Source of the DNA: a virus
Taxonomy: Duplodnaviria; Heunggongvirae; Uroviricota; Caudoviricetes
Reading direction: 5' to 3' (one strand)
DNA: 44,769 nucleotides
Virus record (IMG/VR): IMGVR_UViG_2909298281_000003
Each line of letters begins with the position of its first letter. Position 1 is the first letter of the stretch. The notes beneath the pieces are model-generated. The model was given only the letters and a program-made list of their open reading frames with translations. It ran no database searches and was not told the DNA's origin. Positions 25,642 to 40,170 of this stretch are shown here, piece after piece. The position numbers and the translations under genes are program-made.

Positions 25642-26941
25642 TCTCCCGCATATTGCCAGTATGGCCTTTAATGAGCCGCTGATGCTTGAACCCGCCTATG
25701 CGCGGGTTTTCTTTTGTGCGCTTGCAGGCCAGCTTGGGATCAGCCGCCTGACGGATGCGGTATCCGGCGACAGCCTGACTGCCGGAGAGGCACCCGCGGC
25801 GCTGGCGTTATCCGTTGATGATGACGGACCACGACAGGCCCGCAGTTATCAGGTCATGAACGGCATCGCCGTGCTGCCGGTGTCCGGCACGCTGGTCAGT
25901 CGGACGCGAGCGCTGCAGCCGTATTCGGGGATGACCGGTTACAACGGCATTATCGCCCGTCTGCAACAGGCTGCCAGCGACCCGATGGTGGACGGCATTC
26001 TGCTCGATATGGATACGCCAGGCGGGATGGTGGCAGGGGCATTTGACTGCGCTGACATCATCGCCCGTGTGCGTGACATAAAGCCGGTATGGGCGCTGGC
26101 CAACGACATGAACTGCAGTGCAGGTCAGTTGCTTGCCAGCGCCGCCTCCCGACGTCTGGTCACGCAGACCGCCCGGACAGGCTCCATCGGCGTCATGATG
26201 GCTCACAGTAATTACGGTGCTGCGCTGGAGAAACAGGGCGTGGAAATCACGCTGATTTACAGCGGCAGCCATAAGGTGGATGGCAACCCCTACAGCCATC
26301 TACCGGATGATGTCCGGGAAACACTGCAGTCCCGGATGGATGCAACCCGCCGGATGTTTGCACAGAAGGTGTCGGCATATACCGGCCTGTCCGTGCAGGC
26401 TGTGCTGGATACCGAGGCTGCAGTGTACAGCGGTCAGGAGGCCATTGATGCCGGACTGGCTGATGAACTTGTTAACAGTACCGATGCGATCACCGTCATG
26501 CGTGATGCACTGGATGCACGTAAATCCCGTCTCTCAGGAGGGCGAATGACCAAAGAGACTCAATCAACAACTGTTTCAGCCACTGCTTCGCAGGCTGACG
26601 TTACTGGCGTGGTGCAAGCGACGGAGGGCGAGAACGCCAGCGCGGCGCAGCCGGACGTGAACGCGCAGATCACCGCAGCGGTTGCGGCAGAAAACAGTCG
26701 CATTATGGGGATCCTCAACTGTGAGGAGGCTCACGGACGCGAAGAACAGGCACGCGTGCTGGCCGAAACCCCCGGTATGACCGTGGAAACGGCCCGCCGC
26801 ATTCTGGCAGCTGCACCACAGAGTGCACAGGCGCGCAGTGACACTGCGCTGGATCGTCTGATGCAGGGGGCACCGGCACCGCTGGCTGCAGGTAACCCGG
26901 CATCTGATGCCGTTAACGATTTGCTGAACACACCAGTGTAA
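25622..26941 (+). CDS. C: Head protease/scaffold protein C (with the in-frame Nu3 scaffold region)
   Basis: GTG start at 25622 after a GGAGGAG ribosome-binding site; ClpP-like protease domain; lambda gpC-like. Confidence 0.9.
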
Positions 26942-26950
26942 GGGATGTTT

Positions 26951-27283
26951 ATGACGAGCAAAGAAACCTTTACCCATTACCAGCCGCTGGGCAACAGTGA
27001 CCCGGCACATACGGCAACCGCGCCCGGCGGATTGAGTGCGAAAGCGCCTACAATGACCCCGCTGATGCTGGACACCTCCACCCGTAAGCTGGTTGTGTGG
27101 GATGGCACCACCGACGGTGCTGCCGTTGGCATTCTGGCGGTTGCTGCTGACCAGACCAGCACCACGCTGACGTTCTACAAGTCCGGCACGTTCCGTTATG
27201 AGGATGTGCTCTGGCCGGAGGCTGCCAGCGACGAGACGAAAAAACGGACCGCGTTTGCCGGAACGGCAATCAGCATCGTTTAA
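26951..27283 (+). CDS. D: Head decoration protein D
   Basis: 110-aa product [12 protein letters not shown]… as lambda gpD. Confidence 0.9.
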   Translation: MTSKETFTHYQPLGNSDPAHTATAPGGLSAKAPTMTPLMLDTSTRKLVVWDGTTDGAAVGILAVAADQTSTTLTFYKSGTFRYEDVLWPEAASDETKKRTAFAGTAISIV

Positions 27284-27303
27284 CCTTACCCTTCATCACT
27301 AAA

Positions 27304-27325
27304 GGCCGCCTGTGCGGCTTTTTTT
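27304..27325 (+). terminator. Hairpin plus T-run between D and E (attenuator-like structure)
   Basis: Stem gccgc/gcggc with ctgt loop, followed by TTTTTTT. Confidence 0.35.
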
Positions 27326-27338
27326 ACGGGATTTTTTT

Positions 27339-28364
27339 ATGTCGATGTACACAACCGCCCAGCTGCTGGCGGCAAATGAGAAGAAATTTAAGTTTGATCC
27401 GCTGTTTCTGCGTCTCTTTTTCCGTGAGAGCTATCCCTTCACCACGGAGAAAGTCTATCTCTCACAAATTCCGGGACTGGTAAACATGGCGCTGTACGTT
27501 TCGCCGATTGTTTCCGGTGAGGTTATCCGCTCCCGTGGCGGCTCCACCTCTGAATTTACACCGGGATATGTCAAGCCGAAGCATGAGGTGAATCCGCAGA
27601 TGACCCTGCGTCGCCTGCCGGATGAAGATCCACAGAATCTGGCGGACCCGGCTTACCGCCGCCGTCGCATCATTCTGCAGAACATGCGAGACGAAGAGCT
27701 GGCCATTGCTCAGGTCGAAGAGATGCAGGCCGTTTCTGCCGTGCTTAAGGGCAAATATACCATGACCGGTGAAGCCTTCGATCCGGTTGAAGTGGATATG
27801 GGCCGCAGTGTGGCGAACAACATCACGCAGTCCGGCGGTACGGAGTGGAGCAAGCGTGACAAGTCCACGTATGACCCGACCGACGATATCGAAGCCTACG
27901 CGCTGAACGCCAGCGGTGTGGTGAATATCATCGTGTTTGATCCGAAAGGCTGGGCGCTGTTCCGTTCCTTCAAAGCCGTCAAGGAGAAGCTGGATACCCG
28001 TCGCGGCTCTCATTCCGAGCTGGAGACAGCGGTAAAAGACCTGGGCGAAGCGGTGTCCTATAAGGGGATGTATGGCGATACGGCGATCGTCGTGTATTCC
28101 GGACAGTACGTGGAAAACGACGTCAAAAAGAACTTCCTGCCGGACAACACGATGGTGCTGGGGAACACTCAGGCACGCGGTCTGCGCACCTATGGCTGCA
28201 TTCAGGATGCGGACGCACAGCGCGAAGGTATTAACGCCTCTGCCCGCTACCCGAAAAACTGGGTGACCACCGGCGATCCGGCGCGTGAGTTCACCATGAT
28301 TCAGTCAGCACCGCTGATGCTGCTGGCTGACCCTGATGCGTTCGTGTCCGTACAACTGGCGTAA
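27339..28364 (+). CDS. E: Major capsid protein E
   Basis: 341-aa product MSMYTTAQLLAANE… as lambda gpE. Confidence 0.95.
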   Translation: MSMYTTAQLLAANEKKFKFDPLFLRLFFRESYPFTTEKVYLSQIPGLVNMALYVSPIVSGEVIRSRGGSTSEFTPGYVKPKHEVNPQMTLRRLPDEDPQNLADPAYRRRRIILQNMRDEELAIAQVEEMQAVSAVLKGKYTMTGEAFDPVEVDMGRSVANNITQSGGTEWSKRDKSTYDPTDDIEAYALNASGVVNIIVFDPKGWALFRSFKAVKEKLDTRRGSHSELETAVKDLGEAVSYKGMYGDTAIVVYSGQYVENDVKKNFLPDNTMVLGNTQARGLRTYGCIQDADAQREGINASARYPKNWVTTGDPAREFTMIQSAPLMLLADPDAFVSVQLA

Positions 28365-28405
28365 TCATGGCCCTTCGGGGCCATTTTCTCTCTGTGGAGG
28401 AGTCC

Positions 28406-28801
28406 ATGACGAAAGATGAACTGATTGCCCGTCTTCAGGTGCTGGGTGAGCAACTGAACCGTGATGTCAGCCTGACGGGGACGAAAGAAGAACTGGCACT
28501 CCGTGTGGCAGAGCTGGAAGAGGAGCTTGATGACACGGATGACGCTGCTGGTCAGGACACATCTGTCAGCCCGGAAAATGCGCTGACCGGACATGAAAAT
28601 GAGGTTGTATCAGCGCAGCCGGATACCGTGACTGATACGGCTGATCTGGTCACGGTTGTGGCACTGGTGACGCTGCATACTGATGCACTTCACGCCACGC
28701 GGGATGAGGCTGTGGCATTTGTGCTGCCGGGAACGGCGTTCCGTGTCTCTGCCGGTGTGGCAGCTGAAATGACAGAGCGCGGCCTGGCCAGAATGCAATA
28801 A
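28406..28801 (+). CDS. FI: DNA-packaging protein FI
   Basis: 132-aa product MTKDELIARLQVLGEQLNRD…. Confidence 0.9.
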   Translation: MTKDELIARLQVLGEQLNRDVSLTGTKEELALRVAELEEELDDTDDAAGQDTSVSPENALTGHENEVVSAQPDTVTDTADLVTVVALVTLHTDALHATRDEAVAFVLPGTAFRVSAGVAAEMTERGLARMQ

Positions 28802-28812
28802 CGGGAGGCGCT

Positions 28813-29166
28813 GTGGCTGATTTCGATAACCTGTTCGATGCTGCCATTGCCCGCGCCGATGAAACGATACGCGGGTACATGGGAACGTCAGCCACCATGA
28901 CATCCGGTGAGCAGTCCGGTGCTGTGATACGTGGTGTTTTTGATGATCCTGAAAATATCAGCTATGCCGGACAGGGCGTGCGCGTTGAAGGCTCCAGCCC
29001 GTTCCTGTTTGTCCGGACTGATGATGTGCGGCAGCTGCGGCGCGGCGACACGCTGACCATCGGTGAGGAAAACTTCTGGATAGACCGGATTTCGCCGGAT
29101 GATGGCGGAAGCTGTCATCTCTGGCTTGGGCGGGGCGTACCGCCTGCCGTTAACCGTCGCCGCTGA
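28813..29166 (+). CDS. FII: Head-tail connector protein FII
   Basis: 117-aa ORF matching lambda gpFII. Confidence 0.9.
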   Translation: MADFDNLFDAAIARADETIRGYMGTSATMTSGEQSGAVIRGVFDDPENISYAGQGVRVEGSSPFLFVRTDDVRQLRRGDTLTIGEENFWIDRISPDDGGSCHLWLGRGVPPAVNRRR

Positions 29167-29177
29167 AAGGGGGATGT

Positions 29178-29756
29178 ATGGCCATAAAAGGTCTTGAGCA
29201 GGCCGTTGAAAACCTCAGCCGTATCAGCAGAACGGCGGTGCCCGGTGCCGCCGCAATGGCCATTAACCGCGTTGCTTCATCCGCGATATCGCAGTCGGCG
29301 TCACAGGTTGCCCGTGAGACAAAGGTACGCCGGAAACTGGTAAAGGAAAGGGCCAGGCTGAAAAGGGCCACGGTCAAAAATCCGCAGGCCAGAATCAAGG
29401 TTAACCGGGGGGATTTGCCCGTAATAAAGCTGGGTAACGCGCGGATTGTCCTGTCCCGACGCAGGCGTCGTAAAAAGGGGCAGCGTTCAGCCCTGAAAGG
29501 TGGCGGCAGCGTGCTTGTGGTGGGAAACCGTCGTATTCCCGGCGCGTTTATTCAGCAACTGAAAAATGGCCGCTGGCATGTCATGCAGCGTGTGGCCGGG
29601 AAAAACCGTTACCCCATTGATGTGGTGAAAATCCCGATGGCGGTGCCGCTGACCACGGCGTTTAAACAGAATATTGAGCGGATACGGCGTGAGCGTCTTC
29701 CGAAAGAGCTGGGCTATGCGCTGCAGCATCAACTGAGGATGGTAATAAAGCGATGA
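29178..29756 (+). CDS. Z: Tail completion protein Z
   Basis: 192-aa ORF matching lambda gpZ. Confidence 0.9.
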   Translation: MAIKGLEQAVENLSRISRTAVPGAAAMAINRVASSAISQSASQVARETKVRRKLVKERARLKRATVKNPQARIKVNRGDLPVIKLGNARIVLSRRRRRKKGQRSALKGGGSVLVVGNRRIPGAFIQQLKNGRWHVMQRVAGKNRYPIDVVKIPMAVPLTTAFKQNIERIRRERLPKELGYALQHQLRMVIKR

Positions 29757-30148
29757 AACATACTGAACTCCGTGCAGCCGTACTGGATGCACTGGAGAAG
29801 CATGACACCGGGGCGACGTTTTTTGATGGTCGCCCCGCTGTTTTTGATGAGGCGGATTTTCCGGCAGTTGCCGTTTATCTCACCGGCGCTGAATACACGG
29901 GCGAAGAGCTGGACAGCGATACCTGGCAGGCGGAACTGCATATCGAAGTTTTCCTGCCTGCTCAGGTGCCGGATTCAGAGCTGGATGCGTGGATGGAGTC
30001 CCGGATTTATCCGGTGATGAGCGATATCCCGGCACTGTCAGATTTGATCACCAGTATGGTGGCCAGTGGCTATGACTACCGGCGCGACGATGATGCGGGC
30101 CTGTGGAGTTCTGCCGATCTGACTTATGTCATTACCTATGAAATGTGA
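29753..30148 (+). CDS. U: Tail terminator protein U
   Basis: 131-aa ORF matching lambda gpU. Confidence 0.9.
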   Translation: MKHTELRAAVLDALEKHDTGATFFDGRPAVFDEADFPAVAVYLTGAEYTGEELDSDTWQAELHIEVFLPAQVPDSELDAWMESRIYPVMSDIPALSDLITSMVASGYDYRRDDDAGLWSSADLTYVITYEM

Positions 30149-30155
30149 GGACGAT

Positions 30156-30896
30156 ATGCCTGTACCAAATCCAGCAATACCGGTGAAAGGTGCCGGAACC
30201 ACCCTGTGGGTTTATAACGGGAGCGGCGACCCTTATGCGAACCCGCTTTCAGACGTTGACTGGTCGCGTCTGGCTAAAGTTAAAGACCTGACGCCCGGCG
30301 AACTGACCGCTGAGTCCTATGACGACAGTTATCTCGATGATGAAGATGCGGACTGGACCGCGACCGGGCAGGGGCAGAAATCCGCCGGAGATACCAGCTT
30401 CACGCTGGCGTGGATGCCCGGAGAGCAGGGGCAGCAGGCGCTGCTGGCGTGGTTTAATGAAGGTGATACCCGTGCCTATAAAATCCGCTTCCCGAACGGC
30501 ACGGTCGATGTGTTCCGTGGCTGGGTCAGCAGTATCGGTAAGGCGGTGACGGCGAAGGAAGTGATCACCCGTACGGTGAAGGTCACCAATGTGGGCCGTC
30601 CGTCAATGGCAGAAGATCGCAGTACGGTGACGGCGGCAACCGGTATGACTGTGACGCCTGCCAGCTCCTCGGTGGTGAAAGGGCAGAGCACCACGCTGAC
30701 CGTGGCATTCCAGCCGGAGGGCGCAACTGACAAGAGCTTCCGTGCGGTGTCAGCGGATAAAACAAAAGCCACCGTGTCGGTCAGTGGTATGACCATCACC
30801 GTGAAAGGCGTTGCTGCAGGTAAGGTCAACATTCCGGTTGTATCCGGTAATGGTGAACTTGCTGCGGTTGCAGAAATCACTGTCACCGACAGTTAA
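30156..30896 (+). CDS. V: Major tail tube protein V (with C-terminal Ig-like domain)
   Basis: 246-aa product MPVPNP…; GAGGA ribosome-binding site. Confidence 0.95.
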   Translation: MPVPNPAIPVKGAGTTLWVYNGSGDPYANPLSDVDWSRLAKVKDLTPGELTAESYDDSYLDDEDADWTATGQGQKSAGDTSFTLAWMPGEQGQQALLAWFNEGDTRAYKIRFPNGTVDVFRGWVSSIGKAVTAKEVITRTVKVTNVGRPSMAEDRSTVTAATGMTVTPASSSVVKGQSTTLTVAFQPEGATDKSFRAVSADKTKATVSVSGMTITVKGVAAGKVNIPVVSGNGELAAVAEITVTDS

Positions 30897-30911
30897 TCCG
30901 GAGAGTCAGCG

Positions 30912-31334
30912 ATGTTCCTGAAAACCGAATCATTTGAACATAACGGCGTGACCGTCACGCTTTCTGAACTGTCAGCCCTGCAGCGTATTGAGCATCTCGC
31001 CCTGATGAAACGGCAGGCAGAACAGGCGGAGTCAGACAGCAACCGGAAGTTTACAGTGGAAGACGCAATCAGAACCGGTGCTTTTGTGGTGGCTATGTCC
31101 CTGTGGCATAACCATCCGCAGAAGACAAAGCAGCCTTCCATGAATGAAGCCGTTAAACAGATTGAGCAGGAAGTGCTTACCACCTGGCCCACAGAGGCAA
31201 TTTCTCATGCTGAAAACGTGGTGTACCGGCTGTCTGGTATGTATGAGTTTGTTGTGAATAATGCCCCTGAACAGACAGAGGTCGCCGGGCCCGCAGAGCC
31301 TGTTTCTGCGGGAAAGTGTTCGACGGTGAGCTGA
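30912..31334 (+). CDS. G: Tail assembly chaperone G
   Basis: 140-aa ORF matching lambda gpG. Confidence 0.9.
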   Translation: MFLKTESFEHNGVTVTLSELSALQRIEHLALMKRQAEQAESDSNRKFTVEDAIRTGAFVVAMSLWHNHPQKTKQPSMNEAVKQIEQEVLTTWPTEAISHAENVVYRLSGMYEFVVNNAPEQTEVAGPAEPVSAGKCSTVS

Positions 31335-31750
31335 GTTTTGCCCTGAAACTGGCGCGTGAGATGGGGCGACCCGACTGGCGTGCCATGCTTGCCGGGATGT
31401 CATCCACGGAGTATGCCGACTGGCACCGCTTTTACAGTACCCATTATTTTCATGATGTTCTGCTGGATATGCACTTTTCCGGGCTGACGTACACCGTGCT
31501 CAGCCTGTTTTTCAGCGATCCGGATATGCATCCGCTGGATTTCAGTCTGCTGAACCGGCGCGAGGCTGACGAAGAGCCTGAAGATGATGTGCTGATGCAG
31601 AAAGCGGCAGGGCTTGCCGGAGGTGTCCGCTTTGGCCCGGACGGGAATGAAGTTATCCCTACTTCCCCGGATGTGGCGGACATGACGGAGGATGACGTAA
31701 TGCTGATGACAGTATCAGAAGGGATCGCAGGAGGAGTCCGGTATGGCTGA
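30912..31750 (+). CDS. T: Tail assembly chaperone G-T fusion made by programmed -1 ribosomal frameshift at the slippery heptamer GGGAAAG (31310-31316)
   Basis: T-frame ORF 31316-31750 overlaps the end of G in the -1 frame; slippery sequence gcGGGAAAGtg present. Confidence 0.8.
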
Positions 31751-34304
31751 ACCGGTAGGCGATCTGGTCGTTGATTTGAGTCTGGATGCGGCCAGATTTG
31801 ACGAGCAGATGGCCAGAGTCAGGCGTCATTTTTCCGGTACGGAAAGTGATGCGAAAAAAACAGCGGCAGTCGTTGAACAGTCAATGAACCGGCAGGCGCT
31901 GGCTGCACAGAAAGCGGGGATTTCCGTCGGGCAGTATAAAGCCGCCATGCGTATGCTGCCTGCACAGTTCACCGACGTGGCCACGCAGCTTGCAGGCGGG
32001 CAAAGTCCGTGGCTGATCCTGCTGCAACAGGGTGGTCAGGTTAAGGACTCCTTCGGCGGGATGATCCCCATGTTCAGGGGGCTTGCCGGTGCGATCACCC
32101 TGCCGATGGTGGGGGCCACCTCGCTGGCGGTGGCGACCGGTGCGCTGGCGTATGCCTGGTATCAGGGCAACTCAACCTTGTCCGATTTCAACAAAACGCT
32201 GGTCCTTTCCGGCAATCAGTCGGGGCTGACGGCAGATCGTATGCTGGTCCTGTCCAGAGCCGGGCAGGCGGCAGGGCTGACGTTTAACCAGACCAGCGAG
32301 TCACTCAGCGCACTGGTTAAGGCGGGGGTAAGCGGTGAGGCTCAGATTGCGTCCATCAGCCAGAGTGTGGCGCGTTTCTCCTCTGCATCCGGCGTGGAGG
32401 TGGACAAGGTTGCTGAAGCCTTCGGGAAGCTGACCACTGACCCGACGTCGGGGCTGACAGCGATGGCGCGCCAGTTCCATAACGTGACGGCGGAGCAGAT
32501 TGCGTATGTTGCTCAGTTGCAGCGTTCCGGCGAAGAAGCCGGGGCATTGCAGGCGGCGAACGAGGCCGCGACGAAAGGGTTTGATGACCAGACCCGCCGC
32601 CTGAAAGAGAACATGGGCACGCTGGAGACCTGGGCAGAGAGGACAGCACGGGCATTCAAATCCATGTGGGATGCGGTGCTGGATATTGGTCGTCCTGATA
32701 CCGCGCAGGAGATGCTGATTAAGGCAGAGGCTGCGTTTAAGAAAGCAGACGACATCTGGAATCTGCGCAAGGATGATTATTTTGTTAACGATGAAGCGCG
32801 GGCGCGTTACTGGGATGATCGTGAAAAGGCCCGTCTTGCGCTTGAAGCCGCCCGAAAGAAGGCTGAGCAGCAGACTCAACAGGACAAAAATGCGCAGCAG
32901 CAGAGCGATACCGAAGCGTCACGGCTGAAATATACCGAAGAGGCGCAGAAGGCTTACGAACGCCTGCAGACGCCGCTGGAGAAATATACCGCCCGTCAGG
33001 AAGAACTGAATAAGGCACTGAAAGACGGGAAAATCCTGCAGGCAGATTACAACACGCTGATGGCGGCGGCGAAAAAGGATTATGAAGCGACGCTGAAAAA
33101 GCCGAAACAGTCCGGCGTGAAGGTGTCTGCGGGCGATCGTCAGGAAGACAGTGCTCATGCTGCCCTGCTGACGCTTCAGGCTGAACTCCGGACGCTGGAG
33201 AAGCATGCCGGAGCAAATGAGAAAATCAGCCAGCAGCGCCGGGATTTGTGGAAGGCGGAGAGTCAGTTCGCGGTACTGGAGGAGGCGGCGCAACGTCGCC
33301 AGCTGTCTGCACAGGAGAAATCCCTGCTGGCGCATAAAGATGAGACGCTGGAGTACAAACGCCAGCTGGCTGCACTTGGCGACAAGGTCACGTATCAGGA
33401 GCGCCTGAACTCGCTGGCGCAGCAGGCGGATAAATTCGCACAGCAGCAACGGGCAAAACGGGCCGCCATTGATGCGAAAAGCCGGGGGCTGACTGACCGG
33501 CAGGCAGAACGGGAAGCCACGGAACAGCGCCTGAAGGAACAGTATGGCGATAATCCTCTGGCGCTGAATAACGTCATGTCAGAGCAGAAAAAGACCTGGG
33601 CGGCTGAAGACCTGCTTCGCGGGAGCTGGATGGCAGGCCTCAAGTCCGGCTGGAGCGAGTGGAAAGAGAGCGCCACGGACAGTATGTCGCAGGTTAAAAG
33701 TGCTGCCACGCAGACCTTTGATGGTATTGCACAGAATATGGCGGCGATGCTGACCGGCAGTGAACAGAACTGGCGCAGCTTCACCCGTTCCGTGCTGTCC
33801 ATGATGACAGAAATTCTGCTTAAGCAGGCAATGGTGGGGATTGTCGGGAGTATCGGCAGCGCCATTGGCGGGGCTGTTGGTGGCGGCGCATCCGCGTCAG
33901 GCGGTACAGCCATTCAGGCCGCTGCGGCGAAATTCCATTTTGCAACCGGAGGATTCACAGGAACCGGCGGCAAATATGAGCCAGCGGGGATTGTTCACCG
34001 TGGTGAATTTGTCTTCACGAAGGAGGCAACCAGCCGGATTGGCGTGGGGAATCTCTACCGGCTGATGCGCGGCTATGCCACCGGTGGTTATGTCGGTACA
34101 CCGGGCAGTCTGGCTGACAGCCGGTCGCAGGCGTCCGGGACGTTTGAGCAGAATAACCATGTGGTGATTAACAACGACGGCACGAACGGGCAGATAGGTC
34201 CGGCTGCTCTGAAGGCGGTGTATGACATGGCCCGCAAGGGTGCCCGTGATGAAATTCAGACACAGATGCGTGATGGTGGCCTGTTCTCCGGAGGTGGACG
34301 ATGA
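31743..34304 (+). CDS. H: Tail tape measure protein H
   Basis: 853-aa ORF matching lambda gpH. Confidence 0.95.
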   Translation: MAEPVGDLVVDLSLDAARFDEQMARVRRHFSGTESDAKKTAAVVEQSMNRQALAAQKAGISVGQYKAAMRMLPAQFTDVATQLAGGQSPWLILLQQGGQVKDSFGGMIPMFRGLAGAITLPMVGATSLAVATGALAYAWYQGNSTLSDFNKTLVLSGNQSGLTADRMLVLSRAGQAAGLTFNQTSESLSALVKAGVSGEAQIASISQSVARFSSASGVEVDKVAEAFGKLTTDPTSGLTAMARQFHNVTAEQIAYVAQLQRSGEEAGALQAANEAATKGFDDQTRRLKENMGTLETWAERTARAFKSMWDAVLDIGRPDTAQEMLIKAEAAFKKADDIWNLRKDDYFVNDEARARYWDDREKARLALEAARKKAEQQTQQDKNAQQQSDTEASRLKYTEEAQKAYERLQTPLEKYTARQEELNKALKDGKILQADYNTLMAAAKKDYEATLKKPKQSGVKVSAGDRQEDSAHAALLTLQAELRTLEKHAGANEKISQQRRDLWKAESQFAVLEEAAQRRQLSAQEKSLLAHKDETLEYKRQLAALGDKVTYQERLNSLAQQADKFAQQQRAKRAAIDAKSRGLTDRQAEREATEQRLKEQYGDNPLALNNVMSEQKKTWAAEDLLRGSWMAGLKSGWSEWKESATDSMSQVKSAATQTFDGIAQNMAAMLTGSEQNWRSFTRSVLSMMTEILLKQAMVGIVGSIGSAIGGAVGGGASASGGTAIQAAAAKFHFATGGFTGTGGKYEPAGIVHRGEFVFTKEATSRIGVGNLYRLMRGYATGGYVGTPGSLADSRSQASGTFEQNNHVVINNDGTNGQIGPAALKAVYDMARKGARDEIQTQMRDGGLFSGGGR

Positions 34305-34630
34305 AAACCTTCCGCTGGAAAGTGAAACCCGGTATGGATGTGGCTTCGGCCCCTTCTGTAAGAAAGGTGCGCTTTGGTGATGGCTATTCCCAGCGAGCGC
34401 CTGCCGGGCTGAATGCCAACCTGAAAACGTACAGCGTGACGCTTTCTGTCCCCCGTGAGGAGGCCACGGTACTGGAGTCGTTTCTGGAAGAGCACGGGGG
34501 CTGGAAATCCTTTCTGTGGACGCCGCCTTATGAGTGGCGGCAGATAAAGGTGACCTGCGCAAAATGGTCGTCGCGGGTCAGTATGCTGCGTGTTGAGTTC
34601 AGCGCAGAGTTTGAACAGGTGGTGAACTGA
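34301..34630 (+). CDS. M: Minor tail protein M
   Basis: 109-aa ORF. Confidence 0.9.
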   Translation: MKTFRWKVKPGMDVASAPSVRKVRFGDGYSQRAPAGLNANLKTYSVTLSVPREEATVLESFLEEHGGWKSFLWTPPYEWRQIKVTCAKWSSRVSMLRVEFSAEFEQVVN

Positions 34631-35328
34631 TGCAGGATATCCGGCAGGAAACACTGAATGAATGCACCCGTGCGGAGCAGTCGGCCAGCGTGGTGCTCTG
34701 GGAAATCGACCTGACAGAGGTCGGTGGAGAACGTTATTTTTTCTGTAATGAGCAGAACGAAAAAGGTGAGCCGGTCACCTGGCAGGGGCGACAGTATCAG
34801 CCGTATCCCATTCAGGGGAGCGGTTTTGAACTGAATGGCAAAGGCACCAGTACGCGCCCCACGCTGACGGTTTCTAACCTGTACGGTATGGTCACCGGGA
34901 TGGCGGAAGATCTGCAGAGTCTGGTCGGCGGAACGGTGGTCCGGCGTAAGGTTTACGCCCGTTTTCTGGATGCGGTGAACTTCGTCAACGGAAACAGTGA
35001 CGCCGATCCGGAGCAGGAGGTGATCAGCCGCTGGCGCATCGAGCAGTGCAGCGAACTGAGCGCGGTGAGTGCCTCCTTTGTACTGTCCACGCCGACGGAA
35101 ACGGATGGCGCTGTTTTTCCGGGACGTATCATGCTGGCCAACACCTGCACCTGGACCTATCGCGGCGATGAGTGCGGTTATCACGGTCCGGCGGTCGCGG
35201 ATGAATATGACCAGCCAACGTCCGATATCACGAAGGATAAATGCAGCAAATGCCTGAGCGGTTGTAAGTTCCGCAATAACGTCGGCAACTTTGGCGGCTT
35301 CCTTTCCATTAACAAACTTTCGCAGTAA
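34630..35328 (+). CDS. L: Minor tail protein L
   Basis: 232-aa ORF. Confidence 0.9.
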   Translation: MQDIRQETLNECTRAEQSASVVLWEIDLTEVGGERYFFCNEQNEKGEPVTWQGRQYQPYPIQGSGFELNGKGTSTRPTLTVSNLYGMVTGMAEDLQSLVGGTVVRRKVYARFLDAVNFVNGNSDADPEQEVISRWRIEQCSELSAVSASFVLSTPTETDGAVFPGRIMLANTCTWTYRGDECGYHGPAVADEYDQPTSDITKDKCSKCLSGCKFRNNVGNFGGFLSINKLSQ

Positions 35329-35333
35329 ATCCC

Positions 35334-36077
35334 ATGACACAGACAGAATCAGCAATTCTGGCGCACGCCCGGCGATGTGCGCCAGCGGAGTCGTGCGGCT
35401 TCGTGGTAAGCACGCCGGAGCGGGAAAGATATTTCCCCTGCGTGAATATCTCCGGTGAGCCGGAGGCGTATTTCCGGATGGCTCCGGAGGACTGGCTGCG
35501 GGCAGAAATGCAGGGTGAGATTGTGGCGCTGGTCCACAGTCACCCCGGTGCTCTGCCCTGGCTGAGTGAGGCCGACCGGCGGCTGCAGGTGCAGAGTGAT
35601 TTGCCGTGGTGGCTGGTCTGCCGGGGGGCGATTCACAAGTTCCGCTGTGTGCCACATCTTACCGGGCGGCGCTTTGAGCACGGGGTGACGGACTGTTACA
35701 CGCTGTTCCGGGATGCTTACCATCTGGCGGGAATTGAGATGCCTGATTTTCATCGTGAGGATGACTGGTGGCGTCACGGTCAGAATCTCTATCTGGATAA
35801 TCTGGAGGCCACAGGGCTGTATCAGGTGCCGTTGTCAGCGGCGCAGCCGGGCGACGTGCTGCTGTGCTGCTTTGGTTCATCGGTGCCGAATCATGCCGCC
35901 ATTTACTGTGGTGACGGCGAGCTGCTGCACCATATTCCTGAACAACTGAGCAAACGAGAGAGGTATACCGACAAATGGCAGCGACGCACACACTCCCTCT
36001 GGCGTCACCGGGCATGGCGCGCATCTGCCTTTACGGGGATTTACAACGATTTGGCCGCCGCATCGACCTTCGTGTGA
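35334..36077 (+). CDS. K: Tail assembly protein K (MPN/JAMM plus NlpC/P60-like); the classical lambda annotation may begin at the internal ATG 35478
   Basis: HSHPG JAMM motif; overlaps I by about 100 nt as in lambda. Confidence 0.85.
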   Translation: MTQTESAILAHARRCAPAESCGFVVSTPERERYFPCVNISGEPEAYFRMAPEDWLRAEMQGEIVALVHSHPGALPWLSEADRRLQVQSDLPWWLVCRGAIHKFRCVPHLTGRRFEHGVTDCYTLFRDAYHLAGIEMPDFHREDDWWRHGQNLYLDNLEATGLYQVPLSAAQPGDVLLCCFGSSVPNHAAIYCGDGELLHHIPEQLSKRERYTDKWQRRTHSLWRHRAWRASAFTGIYNDLAAASTFV

Positions 36078-36646
36078 AAACGGGGGCTGAAGCCATTCGG
36101 GCGCTGGCCACACAGCTCCCGGCGTTTCGTCATAAACTGAGCGACGGCTGGTATCAGGTACGGATTTCCGGGCGGGACGTCAGCACGTCCGGATTGACGG
36201 CGCAGTTACATGAGGTTCTGCCTGACGGCGCTGTGATTCATATTGTTCCCAGAGTCGCCGGGGCCAAGTCAGGGGGCGTATTCCAGATTGTTCTGGGGGC
36301 TGCCGCCATTGCCGGATCATTCTTTACTGCCGGAGCCACCCTTGCAGCATGGGGGGCAGCCATTGGGGCCGGTGGTATGACCGGTATCCTGTTTTCTCTC
36401 GGTGCCAGTATGGTACTTGGTGGTGTGGCGCAGATGCTGGCACCGAAAGCCAGAACTCCCCGTACACAGACAACGGATAACGGTAAGCAGAACACCTATT
36501 TCTCCTCACTGGATAACATGGTTGCCCAGGGCAATGTTCTGCCTGTTCTGTACGGTGAAATGCGCGTGGGGTCACGTGTGGTTTCTCAGGAGATCAGCAC
36601 GGCAGACGAAGGGGATGGTGGTCAGGTTGTGGTGATTGGTCGCTGA
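35975..36646 (+). CDS. I: Tail assembly protein I
   Basis: 223-aa ORF matching lambda gpI. Confidence 0.9.
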   Translation: MAATHTLPLASPGMARICLYGDLQRFGRRIDLRVKTGAEAIRALATQLPAFRHKLSDGWYQVRISGRDVSTSGLTAQLHEVLPDGAVIHIVPRVAGAKSGGVFQIVLGAAAIAGSFFTAGATLAAWGAAIGAGGMTGILFSLGASMVLGGVAQMLAPKARTPRTQTTDNGKQNTYFSSLDNMVAQGNVLPVLYGEMRVGSRVVSQEISTADEGDGGQVVVIGR

Positions 36647-36664
36647 TGCAAAACATTTTATGTG

Positions 36665-36690
36665 AAACCGCCTGCGGGCGGTTTTGTCGT
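36665..36690 (+). terminator. Hairpin plus T-run between I and J
   Basis: Stem ccgcc/ggcgg followed by TTTT. Confidence 0.35.
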
Positions 36691-36703
36691 TTATGGAGCG
36701 TGA

Positions 36704-40104
<3,401 letters not shown>

Positions 40105-40122
40105 ATTTTATAACCCATAACG

Positions 40123-40146
40123 GGCGTCAGAAATGACGCCTTTTTT
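40123..40146 (+). terminator. Rho-independent terminator after J
   Basis: Stem ggcgtca/tgacgcc with gaaa loop, followed by TTTTTT. Confidence 0.6.
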
Positions 40147-40170
40147 ATTGCAGAAAAGCGGGAGGTAATT

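Noticed and set aside
32301-35655. Minus-strand ORFs antisense to H, M, L and K (e.g. 34528-35655, 375 aa)
   Set aside because: Overlap well-supported lambda-like tail genes; low-complexity translations.
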